Positions 1 to 8,746 of a stretch of DNA of 64,000 nt are shown in pieces. Numbering within the stretch: position 1 is the first letter of the stretch; every line of letters begins with the position of its first letter. The stretch is from Nitrospinales bacterium. GTDB taxonomy: Bacteria; Nitrospinota; Nitrospinia; Nitrospinales; VA-1. A program made the position numbers and the translations under genes. The DNA lies in NCBI GenBank assembly GCA_965223345.1, contig CBDCWG010000012.1:224001-288000 (forward strand), given 5' to 3'. A model generated the notes under the pieces. That model had not been told where the DNA came from, did not search any database, and worked only from the letters and a program-made list of their open reading frames with translations.

Positions 1-1322
1 TCCACCCGGCTCATCTGGCCCGCGCCGACGCCCAGGGTCTCGCCGCCTTTGACGTAGACGATGGCGTTGGACTTGACGTGTTTCGCCACCACCCAGGCGA
101 ACATCAGATCCTGCATTTCCTGATCGCCGGGCGCGCGCGAGGTGACGGTCTTCAGTTTGGCCGGATCGTGCGTGATGGCGTCCCGGTCCTGAACCAGCAG
201 GCCGCCGCCGATGCGCTTGAGGTCCGCTTCCGGTTTTGCGGGTTCCGGCAGGGGCAGCTCCATCAGGCGGATGTTCTTTTTCGAGGCGAACAGCTCCAGC
301 GCCTTGGGATCGTAGCCGGGCGCGACGACGGCCTCGACGAAATTCTGCAGGATCTCCTGCGCCAGCGCCTCGCCCACGGGACGGTTGAACCCCAGGATGC
401 CGCCGAACGCCGACACCGGGTCGGTCTCGCGCGCGCGGATGAACACCGCGTGCGAATCTTCGCCGACGGCGACGCCGCAGGGATTGGAATGCTTGATGAT
501 CACCGAAGCGGAGCTCTCGAATTCGGTGACCAGCTCCCAGGCGGCGTTGAGATCGAGGAAATTGTTGAACGACAGTTCTTTTCCCTGCAACTGCCGGGCG
601 GAGACGATGTCGGAAGGCCGGGCGCGCACGCCGCGGTACAACGCCGCGGCCTGGTGCGGGTTCTCGCCGTAACGCAGGTCCTGGACTTTTTCGTGCGGTT
701 CGAGGAACACCGGCGGGAAGCCGCCTTCCTGCAACTCGCCGCTCAGATGACGCGTGATGATGGCGTCGTAGCGCGCGGTGTGGGCGTAGGCGTCGCGGCT
801 CAGGCGCTGGCGCGTCTTAGCAGTGAGCGCGCCGTCGTAAGCCTGCATCTCCTTGAGCACCGCGTCGTAGTCTTTCGGGCTGACGACGACGGCGACGTCG
901 TTGAAGTTTTTCGCGGCCGAGCGGATCATGGCCGGGCCGCCGATGTCAATGTTCTCGACGGCTTCTTCGAGCGTGCAGTTTTCCCTGGCGATGGTGGCCT
1001 CGAAGGGATACAGGTTGATCGCCACCAGATCGATCGGCTCGATGCCGTGCTCGCGCATCGCAGCCATGTGGGCTTCCACATCGCGCCGGCCGAGAATGGC
1101 GCCGTGGATTTTCGGATGCAGGGTCTTGATGCGGCCGTCCATCATCTCCGGGAACCCGGTGTAGTCCGACACGGCGGTCACGTCCACGCCGTTTTGCTTC
1201 AACAGATCGGCGGTGCCTCCGGTGGACAGAATGACGACGCCCTGGGCCTGGAGTTTTTGCGCAAACGCCACCACGCCCGTTTTATCGGAAACGCTGATCA
1301 ATGCCCTTTTTATGGGTCCCAT
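1..1322 (-). CDS. purH: Bifunctional AICAR transformylase/IMP cyclohydrolase (3' end runs off the window)
   Basis: Manual minus-strand translation from ATG 1322: MGPIKRALISVSDKTG...ILSTGGT...GRIKTLHP...IDIGGPAMIRSAAKN...LRYGENPHQ...LSFNN...IIKHSNPCG. Absent from the ORF track because it has no stop in the window. Confidence 0.97.
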   Translation of the reverse strand, partial: MGPIKRALISVSDKTGVVAFAQKLQAQGVVILSTGGTADLLKQNGVDVTAVSDYTGFPEMMDGRIKTLHPKIHGAILGRRDVEAHMAAMREHGIEPIDLVAINLYPFEATIARENCTLEEAVENIDIGGPAMIRSAAKNFNDVAVVVSPKDYDAVLKEMQAYDGALTAKTRQRLSRDAYAHTARYDAIITRHLSGELQEGGFPPVFLEPHEKVQDLRYGENPHQAAALYRGVRARPSDIVSARQLQGKELSFNNFLDLNAAWELVTEFESSASVIIKHSNPCGVAVGEDSHAVFIRARETDPVSAFGGILGFNRPVGEALAQEILQNFVEAVVAPGYDPKALELFASKKNIRLMELPLPEPAKPEADLKRIGGGLLVQDRDAITHDPAKLKTVTSRAPGDQEMQDLMFAWVVAKHVKSNAIVYVKGGETLGVGAGQMSRV

Positions 1323-1328
1323 CAACTA

Positions 1329-1508
1329 TCAGATCCGTGGGGTTTTCTTTTTCGGTGGGGATTTTTTGAGCAAGGAATCGGGAGTGAGCGCTTCGATGAT
1401 CTTGAGCAGCCACACGGGAAACGACCCGACGGTGTCGAACAGCCTGGGTTCGGGTTTGGGAGGCGGCGGCGCCTGATACTTGCTCGGATTCGGGGTTTGC
1501 TCGTTCAT
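1329..1508 (-). CDS. Small hypothetical protein, 59 aa, Pro/Lys-rich
   Basis: MNEQTPNPSKYQAPPPPKPEPRLFDTVGSFPVWLLKIIEALTPDSLLKKSPPKKKTPRI*. GAGG RBS upstream; stop lies 6 nt before the purH ATG. Confidence 0.65.
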   Translation of the reverse strand: MNEQTPNPSKYQAPPPPKPEPRLFDTVGSFPVWLLKIIEALTPDSLLKKSPPKKKTPRI

Positions 1509-1583
1509 GGATTTCCTCAGGGTTCATGCCAACGGGACGCGCTTTTCCAGCGGGGAAAATTGCATGCGGTTGGATCGAGTTGG

Positions 1584-1613
1584 AAATAGTACTATTTTTT
1601 GACTGCATTGCAA
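1584..1613 (-). promoter_or_regulatory. Putative sigma70 promoter for the small ORF-purH unit, with a palindrome over the -10
   Basis: Minus strand TTGCAA-16nt-TACTAT; perfect 14-bp palindrome AAATAGTACTATTT at 1584-1597. Confidence 0.5.
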
Positions 1614-1666
1614 ATAAAAAACCGCGCTGCGCCGGCCGGGGAGTTTCGGCCCTCCCCCGCTGCGCG
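1612..1666 (-). terminator. Possible intrinsic terminator downstream of the DUF6178-like gene
   Basis: Imperfect GC-rich stem (cgcgc...ggggag...ctcccc...gcgcg) followed on the minus strand by a U-tract. Confidence 0.4.
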
Positions 1667-1724
1667 TTTCGTTTGGCAATGGGTTGATCGGGTGCGGGTT
1701 ACGCCGATGCAGGGGAACAACCGG

Positions 1725-3512
1725 TCACAGGGTGACGCACAGGCCGTGCGTGTATTTCCATTCGATGGGGCCTTTGAAGTTCAGGCTGCCGAACTGCTCG
1801 TTGAGATTGCGGGTGCATTCGGCCAGCAGACCCTGCACATATTCGCGGTCGCTGTCGGTCCAGGCCATGCCGGTTTCCAGGATTTTGCGGTGGAAGGTTT
1901 CGATGAGGTCTTCGTCGCAGACCCGGCCCTCGTCCGCACGGATCGGCAGAACGAAGATCATTTCGAGAAAACTTCTGGCGGCGGGCTCGGGCAGCGGCTT
2001 GCAGCCGATCTCCTGAAACAGGACGAAGCGGGCCAGGGCGGTGGTCACCCAGGTCAACAGATCGACGCCGTCGCGGTTTTCCGGCACATCGCATTCTTCC
2101 AGATAGGCGTTCATCTTTCTTTCCGACAGATCGAGGAAGAATTTTGAGAAACGCAGGTAAAACTTCCAGCGGTTGAGAAAGGCCTCCTGCCGGTGGATGT
2201 CGGCGAGGCGCTCGAAATCCCGGTAGTCGAGCGGCGCGCCCGCACCGGCATATTCCCCGACCTGCGGGAAGCGCACCACGAGGGCGGCGAGCTGGTCCTT
2301 GTCGCCGGGCGTCAAAAGGTAGTCCAGGTGCTTACCGTGCTCCTTGAGAAACGCCTCGGCATTCCATTTCAGATGCATCACGGTGTGGTGGCCGGCCTGA
2401 AACAAAAACTGCAGCCAGGTGTTCCTGAGCAGCGCCTTGCCTTTATCCGGATCGGAAGACGCGCCCGATTCCAGCCCGATGTCGATGTAGCCCAGGACTT
2501 TGCGAACGGCGCGGCGGCGCTGCTCCCGGTCGGTGGGATCGGCGCGATCGGCGACGAGCACTTTGTTGGCGAGGGCCGCGAGTTCCCAGCCCATCGCATG
2601 CAACCCTTCGGAACCGGAAAGCCCGGACAGGCAGGTTGCCAGAAAGCTGGACGGCGAAACTTCAGTCAACACATATTGCGGCGGCAAACTCTCTTCCCGT
2701 TCGGGCAATGTTTCCTTTTTCGGCGCGACGTTGTCCCTGAGCGTCTGCGGATCGAGAAAGTGGTAGACCTTGATCGCTTCGGTGTATTCGGGGATGCCGT
2801 GTTCGGCGGTGCGCGTCAGCCGCCAGCGGTACGCGTTTTCCAGCGTGGGGGTGCGGGGATACCAGATCACCGCTTCCATCAGCGAAAAAAACAGCGGCGG
2901 ATCTTCCGCGTGCAACAGCAGCAGCAGTTTTTTGAGAACGCCGTGTTCCTCGACCAGAAAATAAATGTCGTACACGCCGTCGGGCGTGAAATGCGCGAGC
3001 TGTTCGGTGTTTTCATACGAGTCGGTCATCTCGTCGCGCTTGTACACCTTGATCAGCGCCTGCAGGAGCGTGACCTTTTTATCGGACTCCTCGCTCTGGA
3101 ACCACCTGAGCGCCTGCGGCTCGCCGCATTGGTCGAGCAGCGTCAGCCACTCCAGGGCTTTTTGCGGCTGGAACTTGTCTCCCTGCCACCATTCCAGATC
3201 GAACACGAACTGCAATTGCTCCTGCGAAGCCTGCGCGATGATGGCGAGCGCGTCGGATTCGCCGATGTCCTTCAGGCTCTGGTACAGCTCTTCCACGGGC
3301 AACGCCCGCACCACCTCACCGGCGTGCGGGGAAAGCTGAAGAAAATCCCGTTTCTGCTTGCCGCGCAAAGCCATCACGCAACGCGCCTGGTCTGCGACAG
3401 GCAGGCCCGCCAGGATCTCCTCCACTTTCCAGGGCTGGGTTTCGATCCAGTCTTCAGGAAAGGGCAGCGCAGCGGCTGCGGGATTTTCAATGGAATCGTT
3501 TTTCTCTTTCAT
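1725..3512 (-). CDS. Conserved hypothetical protein, DUF6178-like
   Basis: About 595-aa helical ORF; segments such as QLQFVFDLEWW, FTPDGVY, LENAYRWRLTR and LFQAG resemble DUF6178 proteins as I recall them. Start ATG 3512 or TTG 3521. Confidence 0.6.
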   Translation of the reverse strand: MKEKNDSIENPAAAALPFPEDWIETQPWKVEEILAGLPVADQARCVMALRGKQKRDFLQLSPHAGEVVRALPVEELYQSLKDIGESDALAIIAQASQEQLQFVFDLEWWQGDKFQPQKALEWLTLLDQCGEPQALRWFQSEESDKKVTLLQALIKVYKRDEMTDSYENTEQLAHFTPDGVYDIYFLVEEHGVLKKLLLLLHAEDPPLFFSLMEAVIWYPRTPTLENAYRWRLTRTAEHGIPEYTEAIKVYHFLDPQTLRDNVAPKKETLPEREESLPPQYVLTEVSPSSFLATCLSGLSGSEGLHAMGWELAALANKVLVADRADPTDREQRRRAVRKVLGYIDIGLESGASSDPDKGKALLRNTWLQFLFQAGHHTVMHLKWNAEAFLKEHGKHLDYLLTPGDKDQLAALVVRFPQVGEYAGAGAPLDYRDFERLADIHRQEAFLNRWKFYLRFSKFFLDLSERKMNAYLEECDVPENRDGVDLLTWVTTALARFVLFQEIGCKPLPEPAARSFLEMIFVLPIRADEGRVCDEDLIETFHRKILETGMAWTDSDREYVQGLLAECTRNLNEQFGSLNFKGPIEWKYTHGLCVTL

Positions 3513-3691
3513 CGGACTCAATCTTTACTTCCGCCGCCCGCCGGATAAAACCGGACGCACGGACCCGTTGCCAGCACCGCTCCTCGCCGCGCACGGGTCT
3601 TGCGTTTTTTTGCAACGATCATCCGCAGGCGCGTTGTGTGGAATGAAACTCGATTATAGCCGCATGACCGGGGTGTTTCAACACGGCCGCG

Positions 3692-4474
3692 TCATAACGG
3701 GCGCAGCATGGCGAGGGTGAGCAGGCGGCCGGCGGCGGCTTCCTTGCGGTAGGAAAAAAAACGTTCGGTGTCGCAGGCGGTGCAGTGGCCCAGGCGAAAG
3801 ATCTTCTCCGGCAGCATGCCGGCGGCCAGTCCGTCCTGCACGTTGGCGGCGAACAGATCGAGCCAGACCTTTCCGTTTTCATGCGGCTGGACGAAGCGCT
3901 GCCATTCGGGATAGCGGGCGCAAAACGGTTCCAGGCAGTCGGCGTCCACTTCGTAGCAGCATCCGCCGATGCCGGGACCCAATCCCGCCTTGAGGTCTTC
4001 GGGACGGGAGCCCATGTGTTCCTGAAATGCGGCGACGGTCGCCGAAAAAATCCGCTCGGCGGTCCCGCGTCTGCCGGCGTGCACCACGGCCGCAGCGCGC
4101 TGCACGGGATCGTAGATCACGATGGGAACGCAATCGGCGGTCAGCACGGCGATCGGGCGGTCCGTCAGGGCGGTGAGAATCGCGTCTGCGTCCACCCGGG
4201 CGACTTCTTCCGGGGTCGTTTGCGGATCGTGCAATAGATGCACACCGTTCCCGTGCACCTGCCGGGCGAGAAACAGGTCTTCCCCGTCGATGCGCAGCGA
4301 ATGAAGCAGAGCCCGCTTGTGCCGCTTTGATGTTTCCGACTCCCACATACGCGAAAATTCCAGGTCGGTGCGCGCGCCGTTTTCGTCTTCGAAGTAACGC
4401 TGTGTGAAGCCATGAACCAATGCGAAATGATCTGACAAACCGTCGATTGCGAATGTGGAGACAAACATTTTCAT
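3692..4474 (-). CDS. pgeF: YfiH/PgeF-family peptidoglycan editing factor (laccase/PNP-like domain)
   Basis: Motifs QVHG, ADA, TADCVP, HAGRRG, GPGIGGCCYEV, CT..FFSYR. Confidence 0.92.
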   Translation of the reverse strand: MKMFVSTFAIDGLSDHFALVHGFTQRYFEDENGARTDLEFSRMWESETSKRHKRALLHSLRIDGEDLFLARQVHGNGVHLLHDPQTTPEEVARVDADAILTALTDRPIAVLTADCVPIVIYDPVQRAAAVVHAGRRGTAERIFSATVAAFQEHMGSRPEDLKAGLGPGIGGCCYEVDADCLEPFCARYPEWQRFVQPHENGKVWLDLFAANVQDGLAAGMLPEKIFRLGHCTACDTERFFSYRKEAAAGRLLTLAMLRPL

Positions 4475-4692
4475 TGCAATATCCGAAAAAAATTTTTCTC
4501 CGCAACCAAGAACGCCTCCGATTGCGCGTTAAAATATTTTTTGTCCTTTTTCTTTCCCGCCTCCCCGCTCAAGCAGATCCAGAGAGGTTTTCCGGCGCGC
4601 TTGAATTTTTCCCCGCTGAACTTAAAATTTCAAATTTTCACCGGTCATCGACTCCCTTGTAACCCTGTAACCTCTTTTTTGTCAATATTTGC

Positions 4693-4720
4693 TTGACATT
4701 GATTGCATATCGCATAGAAT
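4693..4720 (+). promoter_or_regulatory. Near-consensus sigma70 promoter of the histone-like gene
   Basis: TTGACA-16nt-TAGAAT; an inverted TGTCAA lies at 4680-4685. Confidence 0.7.
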
Positions 4721-4789
4721 GAATAAACAATCATTTGGGCGCTGAAACAAAGCTCGATGAGGGAAGAGAGAGGTAAAAAGGAGATCTTG

Positions 4790-5029
4790 ATGGCAACCAA
4801 GAAGAAGGCTAAGAAGAAAGCAGCAAAGAAAAAAACCACGAAGAGAAAAGCTGCAAAGAAAAAAACCACGAAGAAAAAAGCAACAAAGAAAAAAGCGACA
4901 AAGAAAAAAGCAACAAAGAGAAAAACCAAGAGAAAAGCTGCTAAGAAAAAAACCACAAAGAAAAAAGCAGCCAAGAAAAAAACGGCAAAGAAAAAAACTC
5001 GAAGGAAAGCGAAGAAGAAATCTGCATAA
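4790..5029 (+). CDS. Histone H1-like Lys-rich nucleoid protein, 79 aa
   Basis: MATKKKAKKKAAKKKTT...; (A/T)(A/T)KKK repeats; 48 of 79 residues are K/R; AAGGAG RBS; own promoter and terminator. Confidence 0.85.
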   Translation: MATKKKAKKKAAKKKTTKRKAAKKKTTKKKATKKKATKKKATKRKTKRKAAKKKTTKKKAAKKKTAKKKTRRKAKKKSA

Positions 5030-5043
5030 CCCGACTTTCGCTT

Positions 5044-5075
5044 CGCCGGTTGCAACCGGCGGGTTTTTTCTTTTT
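5044..5075 (+). terminator. Rho-independent terminator
   Basis: Palindrome CGCCGGTTGCAACCGGCG followed by GG and a T-tract. Confidence 0.8.
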
Positions 5076-5228
5076 GTCAAGTCAAACTTTTTTACTTTTC
5101 GACCCTCTTTCAACCCTCATCTCTTTCATCTTGTTTCAGCGCCCAAAAGCATCTTGCCTTTTGGGCCTTCGGCATTCCCCCCTTCCTGAGCCCCCACCCC
5201 GACCCAGCAAGCCCTTGTTTTTAAACAA

Positions 5229-6431
5229 CTACTCCTTTATTCGCGCGTAAAACCCCTTCAAATATTCCCCTTCGGGAAAGCGCACCGGATGATCCTGTGC
5301 GTGGCCGGTTTTTGCCAGTTCCTCGTGTTTTTTCCCCGCCGAGGCGATTCCCCGCTCGACGGCGCGGAAAAAGTCCTGCTTGGAAACCCGGGCGGAACAG
5401 GATGCGGCGAACAGCATGCCCCCCGGCCGGGTGCAGCGGGCCCCCCTCTGCACCAGCGTTTCGTAGGCTGAAAGCGCTTTTTGCCGGTGCTTTTTTTTGT
5501 TGGCGAACGCAGGCGGATCGAGCACCACGCAATCGAACGACCTGCCTTTTTGATGCAGCGTTTGCAGCACGGCAAACGCATCGCCTTCGATCTGTTGCAA
5601 ATTTGAAATTTGCGCGGCGTCTTCGGCAAAGTTCAAGCGCAGGTTCCGCAGAGAACTCTCAAGCGCCAACGGGTTGGAATCGACTTCCACCACCGAGCGC
5701 GCTCCGCCCGCCAGCGCGTACACGGAAAACCCGCCGGTGTAGCTGAACACGTTCAAAACTTCCTTGCCGCGCGCCGCATCGCGGATGCGCTTGCGGTTGT
5801 CGCGCTGGTCGAGAAAAAAACCGGTCTTTTGTCCGGCAAACACATCGGCTTCGAACCGCAGTCCGTTTTCCTGGAAACACACGGGACCGGCGGGAGGGTT
5901 GCCGAACAGAATCCGTCCGTCCTGCCAGCCGCCGGCGCCGGTGTCGATCAGTCTGCGGCTCAATCGCAGGACGCAGCGCTCGACGGGCAGCGTCTCTTCA
6001 AGCAGAGGCAACAGCGTCGCAAGATGCGGGAACCAGGCGACGGTGTAGAGCTTCAACACCGCCGTGTCTTCATAGCGGTCGAGAACCAGACCGGGAAACC
6101 CGTCGTTCTCCCCGTTCACGATGCGATAACCGGTGGTCCCTTGCCCCGGCAACGCCGCGCGCAGCCGCTCTGCCGCATCCAGCCGCGTGCGGAAAAAAGC
6201 CGCATCCATCTCGACGGCCTGACCAGTGGCTACGATGCGCAGGCGCAGCTCGGAATCCGGATCGTACAAGGCGAGCGCGAGAAACCTGTTGCGCGCGTCG
6301 TACACCACGGCCAGGTCGCCCGGTTCACCAGCGCCGCTTTGCTTTAGGATCTGGTAATCGAAAATCCAGGGGTGGCCTTTACGGATTTTTTCCTGCAGGG
6401 TTTTGGAGATGCGGATTTTGACAAGGCTCAT
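5229..6431 (-). CDS. RlmI-like class I SAM-dependent rRNA m5C methyltransferase
   Basis: GHPWIF PUA-like N-terminus, GENDGFPGLVLDRY, GQKTGFFLDQRDNR, LNVFSYTGGFS, LDPPAF, SCS, PEGEYLK. Confidence 0.9.
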   Translation of the reverse strand: MSLVKIRISKTLQEKIRKGHPWIFDYQILKQSGAGEPGDLAVVYDARNRFLALALYDPDSELRLRIVATGQAVEMDAAFFRTRLDAAERLRAALPGQGTTGYRIVNGENDGFPGLVLDRYEDTAVLKLYTVAWFPHLATLLPLLEETLPVERCVLRLSRRLIDTGAGGWQDGRILFGNPPAGPVCFQENGLRFEADVFAGQKTGFFLDQRDNRKRIRDAARGKEVLNVFSYTGGFSVYALAGGARSVVEVDSNPLALESSLRNLRLNFAEDAAQISNLQQIEGDAFAVLQTLHQKGRSFDCVVLDPPAFANKKKHRQKALSAYETLVQRGARCTRPGGMLFAASCSARVSKQDFFRAVERGIASAGKKHEELAKTGHAQDHPVRFPEGEYLKGFYARIKE

Positions 6432-6474
6432 GGTGCGCGAAGATCCTGCGTGAGATGCAGGACCCTTTCGGGTG

Positions 6475-7200
6475 TCAATTGACGCCCGGCAGGTGGCCGC
6501 GGGTCATGACTTTCAGGATCCTCGCCTGGCGGCGCTCCACGTGTTTTTGCGGCCGGTGGATGGACCATTCTCTCGGATTGGGCAGGATCGCCGCCAGCCA
6601 CGCAGCTTCAACGGGGGACAGTTTGGCGCAGGAGCGGTTGAAGTAATAACGCGAAGCGGCTTCGCAACCGTACACGCCCTTCCCCCACTCGATCACATTC
6701 AGATAGACTTCCAGGATCCGGTCCTTGGCCCACAGGTTTTCGATCAGCACGGTGAAATAGGATTCGAGGGATTTCCGCAACCAGTTGCGCCCCTGCCACA
6801 AAAACACGTTGCGGGAGGTCTGCATGGAGATGGTGCTGGCGCCGATCCTGCGCTTGCCTTCCAGGTTGACGCGGATGGCGGACTCGATGGCCTGCCAGTC
6901 GAACCCTTTGTGCTGAAAAAATTTCTGGTCTTCGGCGGCGATCGCGGCCTTGATCAGGTGCGGGGAAATGCGCTCCAGCGGGACCCAGAACATCAGCTTG
7001 CGCGGGTAGTTTTCGCTGCGTTCGTTTTCCACCCAGCGGATCCACATCAGCGGGGTGGTGGGCGGGTTGGTGGCGCTGTAGATCAGTACCGGCACGACGG
7101 TCAGGGTGAGAAACACAAACACCGCATCGAACAGCAGCTTGCCGATGCGGATGCGGATGGTCTTTTTGCTCTTCGGTCTGCGGTTTCCGAACCACCTCAT
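6475..7200 (-). CDS. mtgA: Monofunctional biosynthetic peptidoglycan transglycosylase
   Basis: AAEDQKFFQHKGFD, GASTISMQ, RKSLE, KDRILEVYLNVIEWG, LPNP; N-terminal TM. Start chosen at ATG 7200 (GAGG RBS). Confidence 0.93.
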   Translation of the reverse strand: MRWFGNRRPKSKKTIRIRIGKLLFDAVFVFLTLTVVPVLIYSATNPPTTPLMWIRWVENERSENYPRKLMFWVPLERISPHLIKAAIAAEDQKFFQHKGFDWQAIESAIRVNLEGKRRIGASTISMQTSRNVFLWQGRNWLRKSLESYFTVLIENLWAKDRILEVYLNVIEWGKGVYGCEAASRYYFNRSCAKLSPVEAAWLAAILPNPREWSIHRPQKHVERRQARILKVMTRGHLPGVN

Positions 7201-7294
7201 GCGGACGCCTCTGATTCGAACTGTCTCTTTTACGACGCAACCGTGCCGCACCGCGCCCGGTATCGGCGCAGTGTCTCCGATGACACGGGTGAGG

Positions 7295-8488
7295 TCAACC
7301 CTTTCTCAAAAGCGATTCGTAACCGAGCACGATTTTCTGAAATTCATCCCGCTTGTCTTTCGCAACCTTGCGGTAATACGATTTGACGGTTTTGAACTCA
7401 AACGGATTGTGCACGATGGAATTGTTCTTGCGGTCCTTGATTTCATAGTGCAGGTGCGGCGCGAACGAGCGGCCGGTGTTGCCGGATTCGCCGATCTTCT
7501 GTCCCTGTTTGACGGAATCGCCGACCTGCACGCCGACCTTGCTCAAGTGCAGGTACAGGGTCTTGACGCCCTGTTCGGGATGATCCAGTTCGATGCAGAA
7601 CCCGTTCGCGCGGGTGTTCCAGTTGACCCGCTTCACCCGCCCCGCAAAGCTCGCGAACACGGGCGTTCCCACCGGCGCTTTAAAGTCGGTGCCTTCGTGC
7701 CCCACGGGGCCTTTGCGGTGGTCGCCGGGCAGCGAGGTGATTTCGCTGTATTCGAGGATCGGCGCGAACGGTTTGGCGATGCGTTTCGCGATTTCCCGGC
7801 CCTGCTTGTCGAAAAAAGCGCCGTAGCCGCCTTCCTGTTCGATGAAATGGTTGGCGTCGAATTTTTTCTTGAGCAGGGTGCTTTCGTAGACGAACTTCAA
7901 CACCTTGAACCGCTCTTTGCCGGGAATCTTTTCATAGATCACGCTCAGGGTGTCCCCGTTGCGCATGTTTCTGTTGACGTCGAAAAACCACACCAGAAGC
8001 CGGTTCAGGTAGGCGGACAAATGCTCGCAGCCTTCCGAGCGCGTCAGCACGCCGCATAGGGTGTGGGTGAGGGAGTTCTGGATCTTGATTTCCAGCACGG
8101 TCGCCCCGCGGTCGGTGTCCGGAAGCGGGGCGGGCAGCAGGGCCGGAACAACCTTGCTTTTCACGGCGAGTAGCTTTTCGCGCGGAGAGGCGTCCACATC
8201 CAGCTTCACCGGCAGCGTGCGCGGCTCTGCGATTTCGGTGTCCGCGGGGGAGGCGGCGGTCGGCAAGCGCGAGGGCGGTTCCGGGTCCTGAAAAAAAAGG
8301 AAATAGGCGTTTAAGGAAATGGAAGCCAGAAACAGCAGGTTGAACATCCTGCGCAGCGGCGAACGCCGTCTGGTACGCCGCTGCTGGCTGTTCACGGCGC
8401 CGGCCAGGCTGCGCCCCTCCAGCGCGGTTTCCCTCAACGAGGTTGAAATATAAGATTTTTTATCATCAGTGGGCTTCATGGATCGCAT
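7295..8488 (-). CDS. M23 family metallopeptidase
   Basis: HEGTDF, YLHLS, SGNTGRSFAPHLHYE; N-terminal TM anchor. Confidence 0.92.
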   Translation of the reverse strand: MRSMKPTDDKKSYISTSLRETALEGRSLAGAVNSQQRRTRRRSPLRRMFNLLFLASISLNAYFLFFQDPEPPSRLPTAASPADTEIAEPRTLPVKLDVDASPREKLLAVKSKVVPALLPAPLPDTDRGATVLEIKIQNSLTHTLCGVLTRSEGCEHLSAYLNRLLVWFFDVNRNMRNGDTLSVIYEKIPGKERFKVLKFVYESTLLKKKFDANHFIEQEGGYGAFFDKQGREIAKRIAKPFAPILEYSEITSLPGDHRKGPVGHEGTDFKAPVGTPVFASFAGRVKRVNWNTRANGFCIELDHPEQGVKTLYLHLSKVGVQVGDSVKQGQKIGESGNTGRSFAPHLHYEIKDRKNNSIVHNPFEFKTVKSYYRKVAKDKRDEFQKIVLGYESLLRKG

Positions 8489-8716
8489 CGCTCATTCGGG
8501 TGGATGGATTCGGTGCGGCAACGGCAACGGATTGGGGCACGGGCATGGGTTTTTGAATGTCAGGGATCGATTTTGTTGCGGAATCGGGTGGAAACGGTGG
8601 GACGCTTCGGGCAAAGCGTTTTCAGCCGGGGATAATTAGCGGACACCTCCTTGGTTCCATTGCGGTTTTGTACTACAATTTTGCGAACCCATTATGGCAA
8701 ATCGCGCCCGATTTAA

Positions 8717-8729
8717 CAACCTATTGATT
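8717..8729 (-). promoter_or_regulatory. IHF-consensus site upstream of the SPL-like gene
   Basis: Minus strand AATCAATAGGTTG matches WATCAANNNNTTR exactly. Confidence 0.35.
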
Positions 8730-8746
8730 TTTAATTTTCTATTCTC

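Noticed and set aside
78..1589. 503-aa plus-strand ORF
   Set aside because: Antisense shadow of purH; no recognisable motifs.
1282..1608. 108-aa minus-strand ORF upstream of purH
   Set aside because: It overlaps the purH start and spans the promoter; the 59-aa frame has the RBS and fits the gap.
1509..1724. ZTP (pfl) riboswitch upstream of purH
   Set aside because: The conserved aptamer segments were not visible by eye.
4645..5113. Phe-rich membrane-like ORFs on the minus strand
   Set aside because: Reverse complement of the Lys codons of the H1-like gene; promoter, RBS and terminator all support the plus strand.
8585..8625. c-di-GMP-I riboswitch-like text (GAAA...GGGACGC...CAAAGC)
   Set aside because: The stem around GAAA does not pair and the GGCAAAC 5' element is missing.
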